Shown piece by piece: positions 28,047 through 37,400 of a DNA stretch of 64,000 nucleotides. The position numbers were made by a program, and so were the translations under genes. The DNA is from Desulfobacteraceae bacterium (GTDB lineage: Bacteria > Desulfobacterota > Desulfobacteria > Desulfobacterales > JAABSP01). Location of the stretch: assembly GCA_011390345.1 (NCBI GenBank), contig JAABSP010000006.1:35108-99107 (forward strand). The letters are read 5' to 3'. The stretch's first letter is position 1. Each line of letters begins with the position of its first letter. The notes under the pieces are model-generated. The model saw only the letters and a list, made by a program, of their open reading frames with translations, was not told the DNA's origin and did not search any database.

Positions 28047-29438
28047 TTATGATTTTTTGGCGCTCTTCTTTCCGGTTTTGCTGCGCGATGTCGATTTCGG
28101 GGCCGAAGATGAAGCTACCTGACGCTTCGGTTTCTTGGATTTCGCAGCCGCCCTGGTCTCTGTCTCCTCTGTCTCCTCTGTCTCCTTTGTCTCTTTGGCG
28201 GCAGGTTCCGCGGTCTTTTTCGAAGCGGTACTCTTCTTTGCCGCTTTTTTCGGTTCGCTCTTCTTCGTCTCTTCGGGGGCCGCGTCCGGTTCAGTTGCGG
28301 TCTCTGCAGGCTTCTTCTCCGCTTTTGCCTTCTCCTTTGCCCGCGGCTGTTCCGCTTTCTGTTCTTGGTCCCGCTCCTTCAGCCAGGAGAGGATCTTGGG
28401 CCCGAAGATCTTCTGACATTTGGAGCTGACATAGATCCCGATGTGACCCGTATCGAGACACATGTCTTCGGTATCTTTGCTGCCCACCTGCTTGGTAAGC
28501 TTGTCGCATGCCTCCGGCGGAACCAGGTGGTCGAACTTGCCGTAGATGTTCAACAGCGGCATGGTGAGCTTCTTCAGATCGACCCGCTTCCCGTCCAGCT
28601 CCAGCCTGCTCTGGATCAGCCGGTTCTCCCGATAACAGTCGGTGATGAACTGGCGGAAGGTCTCACCCGGGACATCAGGGCTGTCGAAGATCCATTTCTC
28701 CATCCGGATGAAGTTCTCCACAAAACCCTTGTTGTCCATGTTTTCGAAAAAGCTGATGTACTTGTCGATGATCAGCCGGGCCGGATTGAGCAGCAGAAAG
28801 CCCAGGTTCATCAGATCGCCGGGCATGTTCTTATAGCAGTCGGCCATCTGATCCGCGTTGGTGTTGCGCATCCAGATGTGCAGCAGCCCCTTGTCGGTGT
28901 CGAAGTTGGTGGGGGTGACGGTGGTGACGAGGTTTTTGATCTTTTCGGGGTGGAGTGCGGAATACATCACGCAGAAGGCCCCGCCCATGCAGATCCCCAT
29001 CAGATGGATCTGTTCCAGTTCGTGGCGCTTCCGGATGAAGTCGATCACATTGTCCATGTAGACGTTCACATGATCGTCGATGGTCAGGTACTGGTCTTTC
29101 CGGGTGGGATAGCCCCAGTCGATCATGTAGACCTCGAGGCCGTTGTCCAGAAAGGTCTGGACAACGCTTCTCCCCTCCTGGAGATCGAGCATGGTCTCCC
29201 GGTTGATCAGCGCGTAGACCACCAGCAGAGGCCGTTTGTATTTCACCTCCTTGGGCATGTAGTGCTTCAGCTTGATCCGGTCCTCCTCATAGACCACCTC
29301 GTAGGGGGTAGGGGAGATTTCCGTATCCAGTGGGCCGAGCAGAATCTCCGAGGCACGTTTGGCTTTGACATGGCTCTGTTCGGTGCTCTCGGCCATCTTT
29401 TTCATGATGAGATCGACGGCGATTTTCGGCTGCGTCAT
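28047..29438 (-). CDS. phaC: Class III PHA synthase catalytic subunit PhaC with Lys/Ala/Glu/Pro-rich C-terminal extension
   Basis: Lipase box GICMGG. Class III-like sequence (MIDWGYPTRKD, LLNIYGKFDHLVPP, DTGHIGIYVS). I moved the start to MTQPK (29438) after GGAGAAAG. About 108 extra C-terminal residues are low-complexity. Confidence 0.9.
   Translation of the reverse strand: MTQPKIAVDLIMKKMAESTEQSHVKAKRASEILLGPLDTEISPTPYEVVYEEDRIKLKHYMPKEVKYKRPLLVVYALINRETMLDLQEGRSVVQTFLDNGLEVYMIDWGYPTRKDQYLTIDDHVNVYMDNVIDFIRKRHELEQIHLMGICMGGAFCVMYSALHPEKIKNLVTTVTPTNFDTDKGLLHIWMRNTNADQMADCYKNMPGDLMNLGFLLLNPARLIIDKYISFFENMDNKGFVENFIRMEKWIFDSPDVPGETFRQFITDCYRENRLIQSRLELDGKRVDLKKLTMPLLNIYGKFDHLVPPEACDKLTKQVGSKDTEDMCLDTGHIGIYVSSKCQKIFGPKILSWLKERDQEQKAEQPRAKEKAKAEKKPAETATEPDAAPEETKKSEPKKAAKKSTASKKTAEPAAKETKETEETEETETRAAAKSKKPKRQVASSSAPKSTSRSKTGKKSAKKS
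28155..28197. repeat. 9-bp tandem repeat (CTCTGTCTC-like, about 4 units) inside the phaC tail
   Basis: Read directly from the sequence. It encodes ...KETKETEETEETE... Confidence 0.8.
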
Positions 29439-29463
29439 GGGACTTTCTCCTTGAAAAAATCGT

Positions 29464-30378
29464 TTAGGTCTTCTCTTCGACCTTTTTGGAGAGATCATTG
29501 ACCCTCTTCTTAAGGACATAGATATCTTTGTAGAGCGCATCCATCTCCTTCAAGGTCGGAACCGGAAACTCCTGGAGCAGATCGGCAAGAAAATCCTCCT
29601 TGGCCTGCTTGTACTGGGCCAGCGCATCAATGGTCTGGGTCATCACCTCGGTGTACTCCGGGGACTTGAGCAGTGTCATGTAATGCCCCTCAAGGATCTT
29701 TATCCACATGTTGTAGTAGGCCTTGAAATCGTCGTGGAACTCCCCCTTCTCGGCCAGGGTCTCCATCTGCTCCTGCATCACCGAAAAGGATTTCTCCATG
29801 GGGATGTAGAACATATAGAGGAATTCGTTGATCGCGGTCTGGTAGAGATTGAACTTGTCGAGAAAGCGGTTGTACCGATCCTGATACAACCGATTGAGGC
29901 CAAGTGAGGGGACATTGAAATACTTCTGAATCTCGGTTTGATACATCTCCCGGAATTTTTTGAAGAGATCCCGGTCGATGTCGTCGAAGCTGTACGGAGG
30001 GACTTGTTCGCCGGTCCGCTGGATTCGCTCGGTCATCTTCTGCTGGACCATGAGATAGTTGTCCATCATCTGCTGGCCCAGGTTCATCATGAACTGGGGC
30101 AGGGTCTCGAGGCTCTTGAACGATGCGTTGACGTTTTCCGGTTCGGCCAGCGCGGCCATCATGGCGGTCAAGATCCGCTGGCTCGATTCAAAGGATCTGT
30201 TGAACCGGTTCTTGGTCTCGCCTGTTTTCCCCTCCTTCCTGTCCTCATCATTACCGGAAGAAGGGCCGGCGGCCGGCGGCCAGGAGGGCATCCCCTCCCA
30301 GAAGCTCATGGTGGTTTTCATCCAATCGGCGAACAGGGCTTCGGGGCTCGTCTTGCTGTTTTGACTCTGATCTCCCAT
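29464..30378 (-). CDS. phaE: Class III PHA synthase subunit PhaE
   Basis: 304 aa immediately upstream of phaC (25-nt gap). It has a Trp-rich N-terminus and the conserved central block NVPSLGLNRLYQDRYNRF typical of PhaE. Confidence 0.8.
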   Translation of the reverse strand: MGDQSQNSKTSPEALFADWMKTTMSFWEGMPSWPPAAGPSSGNDEDRKEGKTGETKNRFNRSFESSQRILTAMMAALAEPENVNASFKSLETLPQFMMNLGQQMMDNYLMVQQKMTERIQRTGEQVPPYSFDDIDRDLFKKFREMYQTEIQKYFNVPSLGLNRLYQDRYNRFLDKFNLYQTAINEFLYMFYIPMEKSFSVMQEQMETLAEKGEFHDDFKAYYNMWIKILEGHYMTLLKSPEYTEVMTQTIDALAQYKQAKEDFLADLLQEFPVPTLKEMDALYKDIYVLKKRVNDLSKKVEEKT

Positions 30379-30463
30379 TTTTGCCGGCTCCCTTTTAGAA
30401 TTAATTCGGGTGTTCCAGATTTAATATGTGGTTTTCCTTTATATCGCAGATCCGATTTTCTTT

Positions 30464-30907
30464 TCAAGGAGATTTTTTCGTCTCTACTAGCTTTTTTCTC
30501 CCCCCTTTTTCCATGAAAAAGCGCTCCGCGATGCTGGAAAGATCGATGCCCAGTTCAAGACAGATGCGGAACTGCTCATCCAGACTCTTTTTATAGTTGA
30601 GATAGGAGTGGATGGTCTGTTCCAGATAATTTTCGAAAAATTCGTTCAAGGTATCCTCGCCGAACCTGATCAGCAGGTGGAGAAGGGAGACCGGCAGAAT
30701 GCTGTGCTGCCGTTTGGCCCGCTCCATGACGATCTGCGTCAGGATGAAGGCCGTTACATCCTTGTCTGTCTTTGCGTCTGTGACCAAGACCTGCCGCCCC
30801 TCCCGGATCATCTCCTCCACATCTTTCAAGGTGACGTAGCTGCTGGTTTCGGTATTGTACAATCTGCGGTTCGGATATTTTTTTATGGTGATGCGCTCGG
30901 TGTTCAT
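30464..30907 (-). CDS. phaR: PHA synthesis repressor PhaR
   Basis: N-terminal PHB_acc_N motif ITIKKYPNRRLYNTETSSYVTLKDVEEMI. I moved the start to MNTER (30907). Confidence 0.85.
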   Translation of the reverse strand: MNTERITIKKYPNRRLYNTETSSYVTLKDVEEMIREGRQVLVTDAKTDKDVTAFILTQIVMERAKRQHSILPVSLLHLLIRFGEDTLNEFFENYLEQTIHSYLNYKKSLDEQFRICLELGIDLSSIAERFFMEKGGRKKLVETKKSP

Positions 30908-31035
30908 CGCTATTCTCCTGATATTGACACATTGCAACATGAAGCCCCGCCCTGGGTGAAAGCTCTTCTATTTATCCCATCTATTTATATAGATGTCAAA
31001 GGATTTTGCCATTTCCCGGGGCGATGAAAAAAACA

Positions 31036-31087
31036 TTGTGCATTGCACAAAAAAAACCTTGACAATCCTTATTTTTTCCCATAGGAT
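31036..31087 (+). promoter_or_regulatory. Candidate PhaR operator plus sigma70-like promoter for the phasin genes
   Basis: Perfect inverted repeat TTGTGCA-T-TGCACAA (31036-31050), then TTGACA (31059-31064), a 17-nt spacer and TAGGAT (31082-31087). It lies in the phaR/phasin divergent intergenic region. Confidence 0.35.
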
Positions 31088-31194
31088 CAGAATTCGAAAA
31101 GAGGGGATCTGCAAAAGGGTTTTCTCTTCTTCTCGGACGGATCGATGATGACCCCAAAAGTTTTTTCAAACCTTAAAACCACAGGAGGTGCAGT

Positions 31195-31455
31195 ATGGAA
31201 CCAGAAAAAATGGCGCAGCAGATGGTTTATTTTCAAAAGACCCTTTTCGAGAGCAGCTTCAATGCCATGAACATGGTGCTGGACCAGTCCGAGCAGATGA
31301 CCAGAAACTTTGTCAAGCAGGTCCCTTGGGTCCCGGAAGAGGGGAGAAAGACACTGGAAGAGACCTTCGGATTCTACAAGAAGGCCCGGGAGGATTTCAA
31401 ACGGGCCGTGGATGACAGCTTTTCCAAGATGGAGACCATATTTACCGCCAAGTAA
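31195..31455 (+). CDS. Phasin-like small protein (paralog 1)
   Basis: 86 aa with a GGAGG RBS. It shares FQKT.F..SF.AM...L.Q.E.M...F..Q..W.P.EG.K with the next ORF and lies in the PHA locus. It is named phasin by context only. Confidence 0.5.
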   Translation: MEPEKMAQQMVYFQKTLFESSFNAMNMVLDQSEQMTRNFVKQVPWVPEEGRKTLEETFGFYKKAREDFKRAVDDSFSKMETIFTAK

Positions 31456-31476
31456 AGCGGAGAAAGGGAGAGAAGG

Positions 31477-31779
31477 ATGATGGATCAGAAGCGGATGTTC
31501 AAGCAGATGCTCGACTTTCAGAAGACGACGTTCGACAACTCCTTCAGCGCGATGACCGCCCTCCAGGAGCAGGGGGAGAAGATGGTCAACACCTTTATAG
31601 AACAGTCTCACTGGCTTCCGCCCGAGGGGAAGAAGGTGGTCGGGGAATGGATCAATGCCTACAAGAGCGGCCGGGAGAATTTCAAAAAGACCGTGGACAC
31701 CAATTTTGCCAAAGTCGAGAAATACTTCTCCGATTTTGAATCCAAATCTTTTGAATCCAAATCTTCTGATTCCGAGTAG
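31477..31779 (+). CDS. Phasin-like small protein (paralog 2)
   Basis: 100 aa, a tandem paralog of 31195..31455. The C-terminus has an FESKS repeat. Confidence 0.5.
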   Translation: MMDQKRMFKQMLDFQKTTFDNSFSAMTALQEQGEKMVNTFIEQSHWLPPEGKKVVGEWINAYKSGRENFKKTVDTNFAKVEKYFSDFESKSFESKSSDSE

Positions 31780-31792
31780 CTTTTGACAGAAC

Positions 31793-31826
31793 AGGAGCCC
31801 CTACAGCCGTGCATTTGGGCTCCTGA
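31793..31826 (+). terminator. Hairpin after the phasin pair
   Basis: CAGGAGCCC (31793-31801) pairs with GGGCTCCTG (31818-31826). There is no strong U-tract. Confidence 0.4.
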
Positions 31827-31970
31827 ATTATCATAAAATGCTTCTTTTCCGCCGCTCGATTACCGCTCTTTCCCCATTGATATTCCCTTCGGGTTCCGAT
31901 AAAGTATCATATATAGGGGCAGAAGAAGTTGATCTCCCCATAACATATTGCAAGTCTTAAGGAGACGATC

Positions 31971-33569
31971 ATGAACGCCGCATACGAAGCAAACCGAGGG
32001 TTATACGAGAGCATGATGGAGAGCTTCTCCGAGAGGTATCTCGCCCCGTTCCGGATTGCCGTCAATCAGTTCGCTGCCACCCAGAACAGTATTGTCGGGC
32101 TGAGCAAATATGCCAATGAATATCTGGTTCCGTATATGCTCGCCACCAACTATTTTGCCGAGGCTGAAAAACAGCGGTTTTCCGAGTCGGACCCGATGGA
32201 GCTTCTCCAGTCCTATGTGGATCTGCTGGAGTTCAACTGGAATATCACCGCAAAGAACCTGATTGCCAGCATCCGGGTGCTAAACGACTACAGCAACAAA
32301 GAGCTGCAGAATGCCCTGGAGGCCATTCTCAATACCCTGTTTCTCAACGAGGGGGAGGATCTGGAAGGCTTTGTGGAGCGACAGTCGAAGATGCTTGAGC
32401 AGGTGACGATGGTCTATCCCAAGGCCATCTCCGACATCGCGCCCGAGTTCGGGTTCCATTTCGAGCAGGGGGGCAATCCGCTGGTTGCGGAGTCGGATCG
32501 ATTCCTGGTCTACCAGGTGCTTCCCACGGACAAGAGCGTTACGGTCCGAAAGGATGCAAAGCCGATTCTGATCCTGCCCCCCTATGTGCTGGGGGCCAAT
32601 ATCCTGGCCTTTTTGCCCGGGGAGAACCGGAGTTATACCCACTGTTTCGCGAATCAGGGGGTTCCCACCTATATCCGGGTGCTGAAGCCCATCGACGAGA
32701 CCCCGGCCCTGCAGCAGATGACCCTTGAAGAGGATGCCCTGGACACAAAGGATTTCTGCGGCAAGATCATGGAACTCCATGGCAAGCCCGTGACTCTGAA
32801 CGGCTACTGCCAGGGCGGTTTCGTCGCGATCTGCAACTATCTCTCCGGTGAGCTGGACGGAGTGGTGGATGCCCTTCTCACCTGTGTTTCGCCCATGGAC
32901 GGCACTCGGAGCAAAGGGCTTTCCGGCTTTCTAAAGGGGCTGCCCCAGCGTTTCAACCATCTCGATTACGGGACCAAGACCCTGGAGAACGGCAACAAGG
33001 TCGCGGACGGAAAGCTGATGGGCTGGGTCTACAAGATCAAGAGCATTGAGAGCGAGGCCCCCCTGGTGGCCTTCTACCGGGACATGATGATGCTCAAGCC
33101 CCGGAACGGAAAAGAGGCCAAGATAAGCAAGACGGCTGCGGCCCTGAACTACTGGCTGCAGAACGAGAGGATGGATCTTCCCCTTACCATCACCAAGATG
33201 AGCTTTGAATCCTACAATATCCCCATCACCGATGACGGGACTCTGCCCATAACCCTCTTCGGCCGGAAGCTCAACTTCCATCGGATCGCGGAGAAGCAGA
33301 TCCCCTGGCTCATCTGCTACGGCGAGCGGGACGACCTTGTGGAGAAGGAGACTGCCCTTGCGCCTCTGGACTTCATCGATGTGGAGATCGCGCCCTTTCC
33401 CAAGGGGCATGTGGCCATGGCCACCTCCTGGTCCGATCCGAGATCGGAATATGCGCTCCACACCCGTTTCGGAGAGAACAAGCAGTACCGGGGGCCGGTG
33501 CGGTATCACCTGGACCTGGATCAGGCGCTTTCCGAAAAAACGTCGACAGAAGCAACGGACCAGCAGTAA
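31971..33569 (+). CDS. Second PhaC-like PHA synthase (532 aa alpha/beta hydrolase)
   Basis: Lipase box GYCQGG. It also has PILILPPYVLGANILAF (compare PhaC PxxxVPPxINKxYIxDL), candidate catalytic Asp (YGERDDLV) and His (PKGHVAM). AAGGAGA RBS. Confidence 0.7.
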   Translation: MNAAYEANRGLYESMMESFSERYLAPFRIAVNQFAATQNSIVGLSKYANEYLVPYMLATNYFAEAEKQRFSESDPMELLQSYVDLLEFNWNITAKNLIASIRVLNDYSNKELQNALEAILNTLFLNEGEDLEGFVERQSKMLEQVTMVYPKAISDIAPEFGFHFEQGGNPLVAESDRFLVYQVLPTDKSVTVRKDAKPILILPPYVLGANILAFLPGENRSYTHCFANQGVPTYIRVLKPIDETPALQQMTLEEDALDTKDFCGKIMELHGKPVTLNGYCQGGFVAICNYLSGELDGVVDALLTCVSPMDGTRSKGLSGFLKGLPQRFNHLDYGTKTLENGNKVADGKLMGWVYKIKSIESEAPLVAFYRDMMMLKPRNGKEAKISKTAAALNYWLQNERMDLPLTITKMSFESYNIPITDDGTLPITLFGRKLNFHRIAEKQIPWLICYGERDDLVEKETALAPLDFIDVEIAPFPKGHVAMATSWSDPRSEYALHTRFGENKQYRGPVRYHLDLDQALSEKTSTEATDQQ

Positions 33570-33582
33570 AAGCATTCTTCCT

Positions 33583-33610
33583 GAAGAAGGCGCGCGCCTG
33601 CGCCTTCTTC
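33583..33610 (+). terminator. Strong GC hairpin after the second synthase
   Basis: GAAGAAGGCGC (33583-33593) pairs with GCGCCTTCTTC (33600-33610), a perfect 11-bp stem. No U-tract follows. Confidence 0.5.
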
Positions 33611-33621
33611 AATCTTCCTCT

Positions 33622-33679
33622 CTCAATCCACTAATCTTTCTCCCTCAATCCACTCTTTACCGCGGGTCTTTACCGCGGG
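33622..33679. repeat. Direct repeats upstream of the binding-protein/kinase operon
   Basis: CTCAATCCACT occurs at 33622 and 33644 (22-bp spacing). TCTTTACCGCGGG occurs in tandem at 33654 and 33667. Confidence 0.8.
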
Positions 33680-33721
33680 AAACCCTTGACGAATCCTGGA
33701 CAAGCCGGTAAGAATCATTCC

Positions 33722-34489
33722 ATGAAAACGTATCTGATCTGCCTTCTGCTGGGGGCAGGGCTGCTCTGTGGCGCGGCCCTGGCCGAAGATCCTGTCTATC
33801 GCTTTGTCGGGGATGATCTCTTCATCCCCTTCAGCTTTGAAGCGGATGGAGAGATCCGGGGCATAGACTGCGACATCATCCGGGAGATGGCCAGGCGGAT
33901 GGATATCCGGATCGAAATCACCCTTGTTCCGTGGAAACGGCTCATCGAGATGACCCGTGCGGGCCTCTGCGACGGGGCCTTCTCCCTTTTCCAAACCCCG
34001 GAGCGGCAGGAGTTTGCCCTCTTCGCGAATGCGCAGCCGATCCATGAAAGCACATTCTACTTCTTTGTCCGGAAGGGGGAGGAATTTCCCTTTGCCGATA
34101 TCACTGATCTCGGTGGAAAAATCATCGGGCTGAACCGGGGCTTTACCATCTCCGAAACCTTTGACGAGGCCGCACAGAGGGGAAAATTCATCGTCGAAGA
34201 GGTGGAGGGGATCGAGCCGAATATCCGAAAGCTGACGGCCGGCCGGATCGATACTTTTGTTGCCAATTACGATGTGTTGCGCTACAATCCTCTTGGCCGC
34301 AGGCTGCTGGGCAATGAGATCCTCTTTCTTCCCCGGCCCGCGTTGGAGAAAAGAGGAGCCTATCTGGTTCTCTCCCGCAACGGTTCCATCAAAGACAAGG
34401 CCGAGTTCATCCGGCAAATCGATAAAACCCTGAAAGCGATGCAGGAAGACGGCTCCTATGCAAAGATCTATGAAAAGTATCTCCGATAA
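33722..34489 (+). CDS. Periplasmic solute-binding protein, family 3 (amino-acid-binding type)
   Basis: Signal MKTYLICLLLGAGLLCGAALA. The SBP_bac_3 pattern is present (PFSFEADGEIRGIDCDIIREMARRMD..I....PW.RLI). I moved the start to 33722. Confidence 0.8.
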   Translation: MKTYLICLLLGAGLLCGAALAEDPVYRFVGDDLFIPFSFEADGEIRGIDCDIIREMARRMDIRIEITLVPWKRLIEMTRAGLCDGAFSLFQTPERQEFALFANAQPIHESTFYFFVRKGEEFPFADITDLGGKIIGLNRGFTISETFDEAAQRGKFIVEEVEGIEPNIRKLTAGRIDTFVANYDVLRYNPLGRRLLGNEILFLPRPALEKRGAYLVLSRNGSIKDKAEFIRQIDKTLKAMQEDGSYAKIYEKYLR

Positions 34490-37400
34490 AGGCTCCCGTT
34501 CCCCGTCCATCGCCGAAAAGCTGACCCTCACCCTGGCCGCGGCCCTGATCTTTATCGCCGCCATCGGCATCCTGATGACCCATGCCCGGCAGACAGCGCT
34601 GATAAAAGAAACGCTAAAGGTAACGGAAAACCGATCCCTGGAAAAACTCAAACTCCAACTCGGTTTTCTGCTCTACCTGGCAAGTGATTCAAAAAGAGAT
34701 GCCGGGGAAGGGGGGGAGGCGGATGTTTTCCGGGGAACGGGTCCGGAGACCGGCCGCGGATATTCCAAAGAAGCCATCCTTTTTCAGATCCAGCAACTGG
34801 CAGAGAAGGTTGCCCGGAATGAATTCATCGGCCGACTCACCATCATAGACAGCAGCGGGGCTATCCTTTTCCAGAAAGAGCAAAGGGCTTTTGACCCGGC
34901 ACTTCTTCAGACCCATTCGATCGGGTATCAGGATCTGGAGGGAAATCTTCTGGAGAATCTCGGCCTTCTGGAAATCGGGTTGACCGAAGAGCCCTATCAG
35001 GAGATCAACCGGCGTTTCCTGTGGGGAAGCATCATTACGGTGCTCTTCATGCTGCTGACCCTCATCGCGGCCGCAGGTCCTTTGCTGCGGGCCTATCTCC
35101 GCAGATTCACCGAGGCTATTGAAGAGCGGATAAACGGGCTTGCGGAGCCGGAGCCGCTTCCGCCCCGGATAGGAGATATACCCATAGAATTCCTGCCCAT
35201 TTTCAACGCACTGGATCGGGTCTCCCGCCACCTGGAAGTCTGCCAATTCGAGAGAAAAGGAGAGGAATTTCTCCACCACCATTTTGTAGAGAATGCGGCC
35301 GAGGGCATTTTCATGACGAGCGGAGAGGGCAGGTTCATCTATGTCAACAGGACACTGGCAAAGATGCTGGGATACGATGGACCGGAGCGGCTGATCGGAA
35401 AAGGGTTCGAGATGCTTGCCCAGTGCTTTTCCGGTTCAGAGAGACGGTTGGACCTTCAACGTCTTCTCGATGACCGGGATGAGGCCATCGGCTTTGCCCT
35501 TCAGCTCTGCCGCAATGAGGGGGGGCGGATCTGGGTCTCCATTACCGCACGGGGATTCCGGCAGGAAAGCGGAAACATCCGCACCATCGAAGGGTCGGTG
35601 ATCGATATCACCGAGCGCCGGCGGATCGAATCGCTCCAGCGGGCAAAGATGATGGCTGAGGCCGAACAGAATGTGAAAAATGCGTTTATGGCCAACATCA
35701 GCCATGAGATCCGTACTCCCATGAATGCCATCGTGGGGCTGACCAATCTGCTCATGAAGAGCGGCATCAATGCCAAACAGCGCGATTATCTGGGAAAGAT
35801 CCGGGCCTCCGCGCAGATTCTGATGGGGATCGTCAGCGACATCCTCGACTATTCCAGGATTGAGTCCGGAGAGCTGGAGCTGGAATCGGCTCCGTTCAGG
35901 CTTGACGACATCCTGGAGAACCTCTCGGACATCTTTGCCCGGCAGGCGGCCCAGAAGCATATCGAGATGATCATTTCCGCGACGGAGGACGTACCCAATG
36001 CCCTTATCGGAGACCGGATGCGGCTGGAGCAGGTTCTGATCCACCTGACAGGAAACGCCCTGAAATTCACCAATCAGGGGGAGGTCTCCATCGTTGCGGA
36101 GGTTCTGGAAAAGACCGGGGACCGGACCACCCTTCAGTTCACCCTCTCCGACACCGGCATCGGCATCTCCCAGGAACGGATTCCCCGACTTTTCAGCAGT
36201 TTTCACCCAGACCATACCGGCGCATCAGGTGCGGGACGGGGGCTTCAGATCTGCACCAGCCTGGTCCGGCTGATGGGCGGAGAGATCAATGTGCAGAGCG
36301 ATCCGGGGCAGGGCAGCAAATTCTTTTTCACCGCAGCCTTCGAGCGGCAGATAGAGACTCAGGAGATCCGGCCCGAGCCCCCGGCAGAGCTGGCAGGAAA
36401 GCGCATCCTTCTGGCGGATGACAATGTCACCGCTCGGGAGACGGTCGATCGGATGTTGAAATCCTTCTCCTTCCAGACCGTGACGGCCGAATCCGGAGAG
36501 GCCGCAATGGAGATCGTCAGCAAAGGCGAGCTGCTGCTGGATCTGGCTATCATCGACTGGCGCATGCCCGGCCTGGACGGTCTGGAGATCTCCAAAAGAA
36601 TCCAAAGGATCACGCCCGATCTCCCGATCATCATCATGACCGAATTCGGCAGCGATGCCACCATTGAAAGAGCTGAGGCCGCAGGGGTGGATGCCTTTGT
36701 CATCAAGCCGGTGAAACAGTCCTCCCTATTCGATACCATTATTGAGGTTTTCGGAGAGAAGGTGATCGCCGCATATAAGGGGATTACGGCCAGGCCCGAT
36801 CTCCAGGAGGAGGCAAAAGCCCTGACCGGTGCGGATATCCTGCTGGTAGAGGACAATGAGATCAATCAGGAGGTGGTTCGGGAACTCCTGGAGGGTGTCG
36901 GCATACAGGTAACCATCGCTGCCAATGGCAAGGAAGCCATCCAAATTCTTGAAGATAGCGAGGCGACCGGCAAAAAGTTTGATTCGATCCTGATGGATAT
37001 CCAGATGCCGGTAATGGATGGTTATGAAGCCACCCGGCAGATCCGGGCATCGGATCTGTCGGGGCGGGATCTTCCGATCATCGCGATGACGGCCCACGCG
37101 TTTACCTCGGACCGGGACAAGTGCTTTCAGGCCGGCATGGATGATTATATCCGGAAGCCGGTCGATGTGAAACAACTCTTCTCAGCCCTGACCCGATGGG
37201 TGCAGAACAACACCTCCTACCCAGAGCGGGCCGAATCTCCCACTGGTGCGACGCCCTCTGTCAAAGGGCTGCCACCGATTTCCGGCATCGATCTGAATGC
37301 CGCGCTGAAGCGGCTGGGAGGCAATGAGGAACTCTATCGAAAACTGCTGAAGACCTTTGTGACGGAATACGCATCAGGGGTGAAGGTGATCCGTTCGGCG

